A DNA stretch of 62,496 bases, the filler included, from Chiloscyllium plagiosum (taxonomy: Eukaryota), in assembly GCF_004010195.1 (NCBI RefSeq). It is 4 parts of one record of this genome, joined end to end, with 100 filler letters (N's around TTAATTAATTAA, not from the genome) between each part and the next. Parts side by side here need not be neighbours in the genome. Positions count along the whole stretch, not along the records: positions 1 to 30,095 come from NC_057717.1; 3 more parts are not named here. One strand, 5' to 3'. How positions within the stretch are numbered: position 1 is the stretch's first letter; every line of letters starts with the position of its first letter. The notes beneath the pieces are model-generated. The model was not told where the DNA came from, made no database searches, and saw nothing but the letters and a program-made list of their open reading frames with translations. Below are positions 11,360 to 24,199 of the stretch, piece by piece. The position numbers were made by a program, and so were the translations under genes.

Positions 11360-13018
11360 ATAAGTCCATAAGACAACAGAGCAGACATTAAGCCATTCAG
11401 CTCGGTGAGTCTGCTCTGCTTTCTGTCCTGCGAGCGCACCTTGCCTCCGACACCATGGGCTCTTATCTTATTCTGTAGCCTCCTGTGCGGCAAATATCAA
11501 AGGCCTTCATGAAGTCCAGACACATAACATCCAATGGCTTACCTTGGTCTACCTTCCTCGTTACTTCCTCAAAGCGGAATTCTTACAGATTTATCAAGCA
11601 TGGCCTCCCCTTGTTGAAACCATGCTGACTTTGCCTTATTTTTACATACACTTCTAAGTATTCAGAAATTTCTTCCAACGCAATGCATTCCAGGACCTTA
11701 TCCACAACCAAGTTTCGGCTGATTGGTCTGTAATTTGCAGCTTTTGTGTTGTTTCTTTTTAAAATGGGGTGTCACGTTTGTGATTTTTCAGTCCTGTATC
11801 ACCCTTCCTGATTCTAGCGATTCCTGAAAGTTCTCCACTAACGCATGCACGATTTCTTCAGTTGTCTACCTGGCGGGTACTCCACCTGATCCAGATGATT
11901 TATCCACTTTCAGGCCATTCAGTGCTTCTTGCACCTTCTCAGTGATGGCACGAGACTCACTTCTGTTCCCCCATTCGCTTGTATGTTTGGGTATATCTCA
12001 TGTCTTCCACTGCGAAGACAGGTACAAAATATTTTTTTCAGTTCCAGGACCTTATCCACAACCAAGTTTCGGCTTATTGGTCTGTAATTTGCAGCTTTTG
12101 TGTTGTTTCTTTTTAAAATGGGGTGTCACGTTTGTGATTTTTCAGTTCTATATCACCCTTCCTGATTCTAGCGATTCCTGAAAGTTCTCCACTAACGCAT
12201 GCACGATTTCTTCAGTTGTCTACCTGGCGGGTACTCCACCTGATCCAGATGATTTATCCTCTTTCAGGCATTCAGCGCTTCTTGCACCTTCTCAGTGATG
12301 GCACGAGACTCACTTCTGTTCCCCCATTCTCTTGTATGTTTGGGTATATCTCATGTCTTCCACTGCGAAGACAGGTACAAAATATTTTTTTCAGTTCCTC
12401 AACCCATTGTCGACATCTTCCTCTCTTTTGCGTTTATATGAATAAAGAAACAACTGCAGTCTTCCTTTATATTCTTAGTTTTCTTATATTTAATCTTCTC
12501 CCACCTCATTTGTTTTGTTGTTGCCCTTTGTAGGCCTTTGTGAGCTTTCCAATCCTCTAATTGCTCACTGCCCTTCACCACATTATATATTTTCTCTTTT
12601 GCTTTTATGGTATTGATGACTTCCGAAGTCAGCCATGGTTGTCTCATTCTCCCTGCACCATGCCTCATTTTCCACACGATGTGTCTGCTGAATTATGCTC
12701 AGACACTCCTGCCATTGCATTTCCACTTCCCTGCTTTCTTGCTAGGCTCCTCACCTCACCAATTTCATCCAGCTCCTCCGTCATGCCTCTGTAATTGTCT
12801 TTATTCAACTTTAAAACCGTTAACTCTGATCGTATATTCTCCCTCTCAAATTGCAGGGTAAATGTAATCATGTTATCATCACCACCTCCTAAGGGTTCCT
12901 TTATCTTCAGCTCCCTTGTCACGTCTGCCTCATTGCACAACTCTAAATCCAGTATTGCCTGTTCCCTACTTGGCTCCACCACAAGCTGCTCCAAAAATCC
13001 ATCTCGTCGACATTTCAC
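11360..13018 (-). mobile_element. CR1 LINE ORF2 fragment
   Basis: FLEQLVVEPSREQAILDL, PWLT, QHGF, FMKAFD-like and PHRRL motifs. Confidence 0.85.
11688..12394. repeat. Tandem duplication, 2 x ~354 bp, inside CR1
   Basis: ttccaggaccttatccacaaccaag starts at both 11688 and 12042; near-identical copies. Confidence 0.95.
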
Positions 13019-13019
13019 A

Positions 13020-13280
13020 TTTGAATTGAATTGAACTTATTGTCACGTGTTCTGAGGCAAAGTGAAAAGCTTTGTCTTGCGATCAATATAAGCAGATCGC
13101 AGTGTTAAGTAGCATAGATGTATAAAGAAAATGTAAACATATAATATGTTGCCCTTTGTCATTGTCCAGGCCGAGTTCATCACTCGCTGTGTTTCCGATC
13201 TTGAATGGTACAGCTACCATACCTGGTACTGATACATCCAGACAGAATGCTCTCAATGCCGCACCAATAAACGTTGGCAA
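13020..13280 (-). mobile_element. Rex1/Babar-like LINE fragment
   Basis: (ttgaa)n tail and gtgaaaagctttgt 3' UTR similar to the element at 49795-50372. Confidence 0.45.
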
Positions 13281-13289
13281 ATGTATTCG

Positions 13290-13500
13290 TAGTAGTGCTT
13301 CAAGTAATCATCAATTAAAAAAAGCATTTCCACCACCTTTTGCGAGATGTCATCATCACATATATATCCCTCTCCCGTCCTTGTCCACCATCTACAGGGA
13401 CCATTCCCTACAGGAGACCCTGTTGCACTTTGCCTTCACTCCCAACACCTCCCACAACTCGCCCCATGGAGTCTTCCCACTGCATCGCTGCTTTTGTGAT
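13290..13500 (+). mobile_element. PLE coding fragment
   Basis: ccctctcccgtccttgtccaccatctacagggaccattccc, related to PLE fragments at 31960-32330 and 46925-47870. Confidence 0.45.
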
Positions 13501-14049
13501 ACATAAATGCATAGAACCTAAAAACCCGAGCAGGGGAAGGCTGTCCGGCNNNNNNNNNNNNNNNNNNNNNNNNNNNNNNNNNNNNNNNNNNNNNNNNNNN
13601 NNNNNNNNNNNNNNNNNNNNNNNNNNNNNNNNNNNNNNNNNNNNNNNNNNNNNNNNNNNNNNNNNNNNNNNNNNNNNNNNNNNNNNNNNNNNNNNNNNNN
13701 NNNNNNNNNNNNNNNNNNNNNNNNNNNNNNNNNNNNNNNNNNNNNNNNNNNNNNNNNNNNNNNNNNNNNNNNNNNNNNNNNNNNNNNNNNNNNNNNNNNN
13801 NNNNNNNNNNNNNNNNNNNNNNNNNNNNNNNNNNNNNNNNNNNNNNNNNNNNNNNNNNNNNNNNNNNNNNNNNNNNNNNNNNNNNNNNNNNNNNNNNNNN
13901 NNNNNNNNNNNNNNNNNNNNNNNNNNNNNNNNNNNNNNNNNNNNNNNNNNNNNNNNNNNNNNNNNNNNNNNNNNNNNNNNNNNNNNNNNNNNNNNNNNNN
14001 NNNNNNNNNNNNNNNNNNNNNNNNNNNNNNNNNNNNNNNNNNNNNNNNN

Positions 14050-17000
14050 TATATTCACAGACAGCAAGGTCAACAAACCTGGACATTTCCTGTCTGAACA
14101 GCAGAGTTGGCGACACAGTGATATGCTGTCGGGAGGGAAGTGTTTGGGGAATTTTCAATATTGATGCTTGAACTCATGAGCTGTCATGGATTCAGGTTAA
14201 ACATGAGAAAGGATAGATCGAACTGATTACAAAATTGTGTCCTCGTTCAACTAAAGAATGAGTACTTCTTCATGTTAAGAAACAGTAAGCAATGTTTACA
14301 AAATTGTAAGCAATGGCATCCGGTTTAGATGTGGGTAACGCTTCCACTGTTTTGGAAAACCAACTATTACCAGAGAATATATTTTCCCTTCGCTCGGCGT
14401 TAGTTCAGTGAAATTCATCTGTAAATGTTGAAAAGGTTTTTGGGATGGGTATGCGTCTGACTCGTCTGTATTCCCCTCCCCACATTATTAGTGACACTAC
14501 CTTCACAAGATTTCTGGTAGTAATGAGTAAATCCCTTACTATATCAGTGTGCTGAAATACTGTCATATATCCCCCCGTTTTGACACATTGTCCTCACCGT
14601 GTGTCAGCTTGGCATAGAATGGAAATAATGATGGTGGAAAACAGGGTTTATCATTGGGGCTAAACTATCCGCCTTCCCTGACAATGCATCCTGCTTTTCG
14701 TCCACTCACGCTTTTCTTCCAGTGTGGCCTGTAACTGTAACTCCCGTACGTCTGCGGTTGCGGTGCAATTGTTTTCATGCACGTGGCAATCTGCTCACGT
14801 ATTGGTTGCTGGGTTGCTGTTTTTGCTGCTGAGTCTGCCCTTGCATTGTCTTGAGAAATAAAATCATTTTTTTTAATGTGGGCTTCGCCCAATGATTGAT
14901 TTAGGCAACAGAACCGCCTCCAGGAGGTCAGAAATCAGGCCACAGTGTGTGATGGGCTTTCCAGTGGAGGTCAAGTAGCCCCTGTGTTTTCACAGCTTTC
15001 TAAAATCATGAACAACCCCGAATGCATATCTGCTCTCGGTGTAAATATTCACTGTCTTTCCCTCAGCCAATTGTTAGGCCTCAGTCAAGGCAATCAGCTC
15101 CACTGCTTGCGCTGACAGATAAGAAGGTAATAATCCCGCTTTGACTATATCGTCGGTAGTCACTACAGCATACCCAACACTTTTCTGGGCCGCCTCCTTG
15201 CTCCTGAATGCTGACTCGTCCGCAAAAAAAAAAACAAAAAACTCCATATCTGGATTCTGAAGTGGTAAATTCTACAAATCTAGTCTGGGGCTGCAAATTT
15301 CATTAGTTACAACGACACAATCATGTGGGTCCCCGTTTCCTTCTGTGGGGAGACGGCTTGCAGGGTTAAGGACGTTACATCGCTTTATTGTAATGTTAGG
15401 CATCTCCAAGAGCCCAGGAGTATAACTGAGCTAACATGCTGCTGTCATGTGTGCGGTCCTTTGTTCAGAAAGCAGCAAGGATAATGCATATGGGACCAGA
15501 AGGGTTAATTCATCGTAGCCAGCTATATCCCTGGACGCTACAACAGCTTTTTCAGCTGCAGCCACGGCACGCAGGCATTTCGGCAATCCTGCCGCTCCGG
15601 GGTCTAGTTCAACTGAAAAATAAGCTACCGCCTCTACCTTTCCCCATGATCCTGCAACAGCACAGATGTCATGCAGCCACACTTACTATCCACCGTTTGT
15701 ACAAAAGGCTTGTTTGGATTCGGAATTCTCAGCATAGGTGTAGTTTTGAGCGCCCTTTTTAATTCACCAAAGGCACTCTCGGCCTCTGGGATCCACAGCA
15801 ACGGGCTCTGGTTCTGCAATCCTTAGCCATGGGCTATGTCACTTAGGGGCACCTCAAGGTTTGTGTAATGTGGGATAAACGTACAACAGTAGGAGCACAT
15901 GCCTAAAACGGTTAGTAACCGTTTCTAAGTGTGAGGCTTTGGAATTTTCTGGATTGCTTGAACTCTGTCTTGACCAATGGCCTTGCCTTGTTCATATATT
16001 AATTGACCTAAGAACTTCACCTGTTGTTGCACAAATTCTGGCTTTGCGAGACTGGTTTTGTGCACTTCCCTTGCTATATGGCAGATCAACGCAAGGGCAT
16101 CCTTCTCACATTGTTCCTTTGATGGTACTGCTATCAAGCAATCATCTACATACTGCAAAAGCACTGATCACGGAGTTAGCGCAAAAATCTCCAGACTCCT
16201 GCGTAGAGCCTCATTATATAAGGTGGGGGACGCAGAGTAACCTTGACAAAGTTGTGTAAAGGTATGTGACTTCCATTTGAATGAAAAAGGGAAGCAGAAT
16301 TGACTATCTGGGTGCACAGCTACACTGAAGAAGGCATTTTCTAAATCCACATCAGAGAACCGTTTATGGTCCGGTGGAATTTGAGCCAATACAGTATAGG
16401 GGTTGGGAACATTTCGAACGTGTGGGACAACAGCGCTATTGACTGCCTGCTGGTCTTGACCCAACCTCCATTCTCCGCTTCACTGGGAATGTATGCCTTT
16501 TTGACCGGAAAAATGGGGGTTCTCACCGGTGAGTTTTCAGTGGGGATTAACACTCTAGCCTTTAGGAGAGATTCAAAGAATGGAGTTTTACCATCTATGA
16601 CATCGGTTTTTAATGGGTATTCCGCTCAGTCGGCACCATTTTTAATCTTGGGTCTGAGACTTCTATCTTAGGGTAACGCCAGGCTATCCCCCTAGGCTTT
16701 TCAGGGTGTGTGGGGGTTACCAGGACTGTCCTATCTGCCTGAGTTAGCCAATTTTGTTTCTTCTTATATGTCCGCATGTCTGCATCAAACCAGACACCCA
16801 CATCGTCGCTGAAGACCCAACCATTCGTTCTTTGTGCCTTTAGCACCCATGGCCCCAAATCCTGCCACCTGCCACCAGACGCCTTCGCCAGTGACCATAT
16901 GAGGAGTGGAGACTTCCACATCAAAAATATAGGGTCTGCTTGCTGTTACAGATACCTTAGATAAGTTCACACTGGCTGTACATCTGTGAACAATCCAATA

Positions 17001-17600
17001 AAAATCGCACAACAACAACTGATCTGGTTTAACCATTCTCCTGAACCAATCCTTCTGATATAGTTCGTCTTGGCCATCACGTTATATCTGTGCTGTGCAG
17101 AGCAGCGTATATCCAGCAAGAAAATCGGCGTTAATCGGATTAACATAGTTGCTTGCTTCCAATGTGAGTGAATCGCTCACTGAACGTATCACCCCCCTGG
17201 CTTAATCGCCACTCATATATATATACATCAGTGTTCGTGGGTCATAATTTACAGCCTGTACTGTTAAATCTTTCCGTTGAATTACCTACAACTCGTCAGC
17301 ATACTGCGAAGGTCCAACCCCAGTCTCCCTTTGAGATCCTGACCCAGCAGATTTAAAGGACAAAATTCCAAAAACAAGAAGGAGAATTGGAATGTTTCCC
17401 CATTAATAGTTTTGCACAGTAGGGGTGCGGAAAATCTCTCCCACACCTCGACTCCTGATACACCCATTCTGTTCAGGAACCTTTCACTCTTCTTTATTTA
17501 CGTCGATTGTATAAACTGGCTTAATTTAAGGACTGAGTAAGTTGCCCCTGATGTAAATTCCACATATAACATAGAGGTAGACATCGACAGAGACGAATTA
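14050..17600 (-). pseudogene. pol: ERV1 pol (PR, putative 2H module, RT, RNase H, IN), decayed
   Basis: SGATYSVL and NLLGQDL (PR); TPIFPVKK, DLENAFFS, LCQGY, LLQYVDD (RT); IYTESRYAFG, NARADSAAK (RNase H); PFQHLQ (IN). Confidence 0.92.
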
Positions 17601-17676
17601 TTGTGATTATGAACAGACCGTCCACTTTTCGCAATTTCAGCGCTCAACATAGAGGTTGGACAGGTCTTAGTGCCCG

Positions 17677-19458
17677 TCAGATTAGTAGAAGAAATAAGTA
17701 TAAGCGAGTCCTAGTTGCCACGCAGAAGGGAAAGTGGCTTACCTGTACCTTGTGGGCTGCCCACCTCCACCTCAGCCTTTCCCTGTCAGTCACCCTGCTG
17801 TCCAGCTTCCAGGGCCGATTGAAGCTGTCTGTGTGGGTACTGTATCGCCCAGTGATACATTGCTCTGCAAACAAAGGACCCGCCAGATCTACCTCTGCCC
17901 GCGCNNNNNNNNNNNNNNNNNNNNNNNNNNNNNNNNNNNNNNNNNNNNNNNNNNNNNNNNNNNNNNNNNNNNNNNNNNNNNNNNNNNNNNNNNNNNNNNN
18001 NNNNNNNNNNNNNNNNNNNNNNNNNNNNNNNNNNNNNNNNNNNNNNNNNNTGCCTCTCTCTCTCTTCCTGCAGCTCCTCCCTCCAACGGCTGGGTGAAAA
18101 TTTGCATCATAGTAAGCTGAGATTTATGTGGTTGCTGTTCCATCTTTAGATTCCGATTATCCTTGCCTTGGATAAGCAATTTTTCAGCATGTATCGCATA
18201 TTGTTCTATCAAATTCAGCTTTCCCGTGTCCCAGGTAGTACATGTTTCTTTTCATTCTTTTCGTTCTTTTGTCCTTCATCCCATTGATGAAGCTGTTCCT
18301 CAAGTGGGCTTCATACGGCGTGATTTCTGCCGCCGTTATGTCGTCGGGTGGTCGCAGTCCACTATGGGCATTATGGACTTCAGTGAGGTGTGTAAGTTAC
18401 TGGGACACTTTCTCACCTTCCCGTTGTTGACACATTGTTATTTTGGACATGTCCATTCGCACTGGGAATGCCTCACTACAGGCGGTTGCCAGTGCTGCAA
18501 CGAAAGAATTAACGTTTCCGTTCTGCTCCATTTGCGAGTTGGCTACTCTGGCAGGGACACTTGCGGCTGGCCAGTTATACTTGATTTTCGTGACATCGGC
18601 ACCTAGTTTTCATCCTAGGAGATGACTCATCTAATGTGATGTGGGATGGAACTCAGGACAGAATTTTGTCACTTCTTTGGCGAACTGATTACCTCCAACC
18701 TCACGTGAGTCAGGCAAATAACAATAGGCACTTCCCAGATTCTTCATGGCCCATGGCCGGTGGACCAACACTGGATGCCCTTCTTGACATGTAACTTCAA
18801 CCATTGGGGCTGAAACAGAACTACCTGTTTGGATGGTCATACACCATAACCCTCACTGTCTGACTCATCATCCGTCGGAGGTGATCGCGAACAGGGCCTG
18901 TTCGCGAGCACCTCCTTATTTTGGGCTTCTTCCTTCAAATGGTTGTGGGTACGGCGTGTGATGGTTGATTCAGCAGACCCTGAGGTGGCGGCCGCTGACG
19001 TGAACCGTTCGCCAGGTGTATCTCGTAGGGGTGCTGTTGGTCTCGGAGCGTAGTTATCAAGGACGGAATCGGAATCCTACTTGAGACACTACAGCGTCGT
19101 TAGTGTGTTTTGCGCATGCGTCTGCATGTGTGCTGGTTTTTGTATGTGTATTTGATCTACCACTTACCTGAGATTTCCTTTCTCTGATGTCAGTAGAGCC
19201 TTCCACATATTATAAGCACTCCAAGTGACAGATTCTATTTTTCTCTTCCTTTTCTTCTTCGCTCTCTCCTCCAACATCGACCTCAATATTTCTAGCTGTC
19301 TTTTATTAAAACTTCCTCCCTCTGGTAAACCACATTCCTTGATCCACAATTCTAACGGCTTTACAGACTCTGTAATTATTTCGCATGTATTGTATTTTTG
19401 GTTGGCCATTTCCAGTACTGTGTGGACTCTCCTTTTGTTTGCTCTTGCCGGAGCCCAT
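17677..19458 (-). pseudogene. gag: ERV1 gag, decayed
   Basis: ATG at 19458 giving MGSGKSK (myristoylation-type N-terminus); W..ECGLPEGGSF; PMVEV..LVHRPW capsid start; degenerate knuckle xFVCRAMYHWAIQxP near 17835-17880. Confidence 0.85.
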
Positions 19459-19736
19459 TTTTAGTGTAACTGCCAAAGTGTTCAGCTCTCTCTCTCTCAT
19501 GCGGTACTGTTATAGAACATAGAGCATAGAACATTACAGCGCAGTACATGCCCTTCGTCCCTCGATGTTGCACCGCCCTGTCATACTAATCGAGCCCATT
19601 TTTAGTGTAACTGCCAAAGTGTTCAGCTCTCTCTCTCTCTCTCATGCGGTACCGTTATAGAACATAGAGCATAGAACATTACAGCGCAGTACATGCCCTT
19701 CGTCCCTCGATGTTGCACCGCCCTGTCATACTAATC
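19451..19736. repeat. Tandem duplication (141 and 145 bp) spanning the gag ATG and CR1 3' tail
   Basis: gagcccatttttagtgtaac starts at 19451 and 19592; copies differ mainly in (TC)n length. Confidence 0.95.
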
Positions 19737-22700
19737 TGAAGCCCATCCCCGTTACACTATTCCACGTACGTCTATATGCCTGTCGAATGACGACTTAAGT
19801 GCACTTAAACTTTGCGAATCTATTATCGTTGCAGACAAATCATCCCATACCCTTACTACTCTCTGAGTAAATAACCAACCTCTGACATCTGTCTTAAACC
19901 TCTCTTCCCTCACTTTAAAGTTGTGTCCCCTCGTGTTTGACGTTCCCATACTTGGGAGAAGGCTCTCCCTGTCCACCCTATCTATCCCTCTGATTATCTT
20001 GTATGTCTCTATTAAGTCATCTCGCAACCTTCTTCTTTCTAATGAGAACAGCCTCAAGACCCGCAGCCTTTCCTCGTAAGACATTCCTTCCATACCCGGC
20101 AACATCCTAGTTAATCTCGTCTGCACTCTTTCCTAAGCTTCCACTTCCTTCTTATAATGGGGGGGACCAGAACTGTACCCAATACTCCAAATGTAGGCCG
20201 GAGCAGAGCTTTGTACAGCTGCAGCATAACCTCCTGATTGCGGAACTCAATCCTTCTATTAATAGAGGCCAAAACACTGTATGCCTTCTTCACAACCCTG
20301 TCATCCGGGTGGCAACTTGCAGGGATCTGTGTACATGGACAACGAGATCTCTCTGCTCATCTGCACTCCAAAGAATCCGACCATGAACCCAGTACTTTGC
20401 ATTCCGAATACTCCATCCAAAATGTAGCATCTCACACTTGTCCACATTAAACTTCATTTGCCGCCTCTCAGCCCAGCTCTGCATCCTATCTATATCTCTC
20501 TGCAACCTACGACATCCTTCGTCACTATCCACAACACCACTGACCTAAGCCTCGTCCGCAAACTTACTAACCCACCCTTCTAAGCCCTGATTCAGGTCAT
20601 TTACAAAAATGACGAACAGCAGTGAACCCAACACCGACCCTTGCGGTACGCCGCTTGTAACTGGACACCATGAACATGTTCCATCAACTCCAACCATCTG
20701 TTTTCTTTCAGCAAGCCAATTACTGATCCAGACTCCTATGTCTCCCACAATCCCATTCCTCTGCATTTTGTATAATAGCCTACTGTGGCAAACCCTATCA
20801 AACGCCTTGTTGAAATCCATATACACCACATCAACCGGTTTACTCTCATCTACCTATTTGGTCACTTTGTCAAAAAAAACTCTATAAGATTCGTCAAGCA
20901 CGACCTGCCCTTCACAAAGCCGTGCTGCCTTTCCCTGATCAGATTATTCTTTTCTAGATGGTTATAAATCCTATCCCTTATAAGCTTTTCGAACACTTCA
21001 CCAACAACTGAAGTGAGACTCACTGGTCTGTAATTACCAGGGTTGTCTCCACTACCACTTTTGAACAAGAGAACCACATTTGCTATCCTCCAGTCCTCAG
21101 GCACTGTTCCTGTAGACAATGATAATTTGAAAATCAATGCCAAAGTCTCGGAAATCTCTTCCCTTGCTTCCCAGAGGATCCGAGGTTAGATACTATCCAG
21201 CCCAGGAACTTGATTATTTTCACACTCTGCATTATTTATAATACCTCTTCCTTGTGAACCTCAATCTCTTCTGGACTAGATGTAAATATGTCTGTATCTT
21301 CCTCGCCAACATTTTCATTTTCTATAGTGAACACTGTCGAAAAATATTTATTTCGTGCTTCCCCTATCTCCTCTGACTCCACACACAATTTCCCACTATT
21401 ATTCTTGATTGGCCCGAATTTAACTTCGTCATTCTTTTATTTCTGACATACCTGTGGAAAGACTTAGGGTTAACCATGATCCTATCAACCAACTACGTCT
21501 CATGTCTCCTCCTGGTTCTGCTGAACTCTCTTTTTTTAGATCTTTCCTGGCTTCCGTGTAACCCTCAATCGTCCTAAATGAGTTTTCACATTTTGTCCTC
21601 GCATAAGCCTTCTTCATCTTCTAGACCAGGGATTCCGCTTCCTTAGTAAACCACGGCTCACGCGTTCTGTATCTTCCGCCCTGCCCGCCAGGCGCATACT
21701 TATCTAGGACACACAGGAGTTTTTCCTTGAATAAGCTCCACATTTTAAATGTGCTCATCCCCTGCAGTTTCCTTCCCCATTCCATGCTTCCGAAATCTTT
21801 CCTAATTGCATCGTAATTTCCCTTCCCCCAGCTGTAACTCTTGCTTGGTGGAGTACACCTATCCCTTTTCATCACTAAAGTTAACCTGACAGAATTTTGA
21901 TCGTTGTCTCCAAAGTGCTCACCTCCTTCCAAATCTAACACTTGGCCAGGCTCGCTGCCCAGTACTAAATCTGAAGTGGCTTCGACTCTTGTAGGCCTGT
22001 CTATATACTATGTCAGGAAGCCCTCCTGCACACACTGGACAAAAAACTGACCCATCTATAGTACTCGCACTGCAGTGATCCCAGTCAATATGTGAATAGT
22101 TGAAGTCCCCCATGAGAACTACCCTGCATCTCTCACTCCTATCGAGAATCATTTGTGCTATCCTTTCGTCTACATCTCTGGGCCTACTTGGAGGCTTATA
22201 GAAAACTCCAAGCATGGTGACTTCTCCTTTCCTGTTTCTAACCTCAGCCCATACCACCTCAGGTTACGATTCTCCAAACATCCTTTCTTCAACTGTAATA
22301 TTGTCCCTGATCAAAAAGTCACACCCTCTTTTGCCATCTTTTCTGTTCTTACTGAAACATCTGAATCCCGGAACCTGCAACAACCATTCCTGTCCCTGCT
22401 CTATCCATGTCTCCGTAATGGCCACAACATCGAAGTCCCAGGTACCAACCAACGCTGCCAGTTCACCCACTTTATTTCGGATGCTCCTTGCGTTGAAGTA
22501 AACACACTTCAAACCAGGTTCTCGCTTGCCAGTGTCAGATCCTTAATTTTGAAACTCCCTATTCTCATCCTCTTCTGTACCTGTCCGGCAATTTGGTTTC
22601 CTATCCCCCTACTCTTTTCGTTGAACTCCACCTTAATAGCTTTTGCGAATTTCCCACCGAGGATATTGGTGCACCTCTGGTTTAGATGAAGGCCATCCTG

Positions 22701-23320
22701 CTTGAAGAGGTCCCACCAACCCAGAAAGAGCTCCAATTATCCATAAATCCGAAACCCCCCTCCTGCACCATCCCGGTAGCCACGTGTTCAACTCCTTTAT
22801 CTCCCTGTTCCTCACCTCACTAGCACATGGCACGGGCAGCAAACCAGTAAAAACAACTCTGATTGTCCTAGCTCTAAGCTTTCTTCCTCGCTCGCTGAAT
22901 TTCTGCCTCAAGTCCCCATCTCTCTTCCGACCTATGTCGTTGGTGCCAATGTGAACCACGACTTGGGGCTGCTCTCCCTCCCACTGAAGGATGCCAAAAA
23001 CATGATCAGAGACATCACGTATCCTGCCATCCGGGAGACAACACACCAACTGTGAGTCTCTCTCATCCCCACAGAACCTCCTAGTTGTCTACGTAACTAT
23101 GGAGTCACCAATGACTACTACTCTGCTCCTCTTCCTCTTCCCTTCTGAGCAGCAGGTGTCCCACTGCTTTCCCCTGGTAAGTCATCCTCCCCAACATTAT
23201 TAAAAACGGTATACTTATTGTTGAGGGGAATGGCCACCGGGGATGCCTGCACTGCCTGCCGGTTCTTTTTCTGTCCCCTAACTGTCACCCATCTGTCTTT
23301 TTCTTGTACCTAGGGAGTGA
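19512..23320 (-). mobile_element. Long CR1 LINE (ORF1 esterase remnant and ORF2 APE endonuclease plus RT) inserted in the ERV1 leader
   Basis: VCCLP..VVVHIGTNDIG (ORF1 SGNH); NARSIRNK, VAITETW, MGDFN (APE); [22 protein letters not shown] (RT). Confidence 0.95.
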
Positions 23321-23349
23321 TAGCATGTCTTTTCACTTTGACTTGCTTT

Positions 23350-23356
23350 CTTACCT
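23350..23356 (-). promoter_or_regulatory. Putative ERV1 major splice donor
   Basis: RC AG|GTAAG located between PBS and gag. Confidence 0.5.
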
Positions 23357-23802
23357 CCGGAGGTTCCCTCACGCATCGGACAAGTCCGCCTCAATGCCTT
23401 GTTTTTTGAAACCAAGAGACCACGTTTCTAGTACGCCTTTGGTGAGTCCAACTCAGCCAGTTGTGGCTCCAAGTCTATAAGCACCCTTAAAATTGCTGTC
23501 TCATAAACACTCCAGAGACGGCTATCCCCTTTCCTTGGGTTTTGCTCTAGTAGTTCGCGAGAGTTCAGTGAACCCTATACCTGTTGTATTTATTTCTTAG
23601 AATGAGTCTCCATGTAGGATTAGTTAAGCCACGAATATTACCCGACTCTATTCAATTCGAACGCCGGCGCTTGGGCGTTAGACACATTCCCTGTCCTCTC
23701 ACTCATAAGGGCCAATTCAGTGCTCGATATGAAGAGTAACACCTTCGAGGCGCTGGCGCCTACGCCTCGTGGGAATCTTTAGAATCCCACCCAGTCGCCT
23801 GA

Positions 23803-23820
23803 TAGCGGAATGAGCCCCCA
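23803..23820 (-). promoter_or_regulatory. ERV1 primer-binding site, tRNA-Pro type
   Basis: RC TGGGGGCTCATTCCGCTA versus canonical TGGGGGCTCGTCCGGGAT. Confidence 0.8.
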
Positions 23821-23822
23821 GG

Positions 23823-24190
23823 TTTACTATCGTGGATATTAAATTGACTTGACTCAACTATTAGCAAGGGCAAAGAAAGGAACTTTATTTAAATTCTGCA
23901 GAATTGAACCCAGTACATTCATCTCGACGCCTGAATGTAAGGATTATCTGAGCATTGTTCAGATACTTGCCTTATACTGATACTTATCACACGCTCAAGG
24001 ACAAAGACTGGGAAAACTTAAGTTGTTATTCTCTCATCCCCTGGTCTTGGACATAACAGTTTTTTCTGCTTTCAATGTGTCCGACTGTCGGAAGGTGGAG
24101 TTGAATGTTTACAAAACTGAAACAGAGACAAGCTGGCTGCAAACCTCACCAAAGTATTGTTTACAAAGCTCAGCACAGCCTTAAATGTTA
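23823..24190 (-). repeat. ERV1 5' LTR (approximate)
   Basis: Directly upstream of PBS; minus-strand AATAAA at 23884-23889 and TATAAG at 23971-23976. Confidence 0.6.
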
Positions 24191-24199
24191 GAAAAGTAT

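Larger units (their letters stand above)
14050..24190 (-). mobile_element. ERV1: class I (gamma/epsilon-like) endogenous retrovirus, 5' LTR to integrase, interrupted by CR1
   Basis: Ordered LTR, PBS, splice donor, gag, protease, RT (QYVDD), RNase H and integrase on minus strand; 3' part lost at the gap. Confidence 0.92.

Noticed and set aside
17674..17679. TGA-CGG as the ERV1 gag readthrough site
   Set aside because: Frame with protease cannot be established because of indels.
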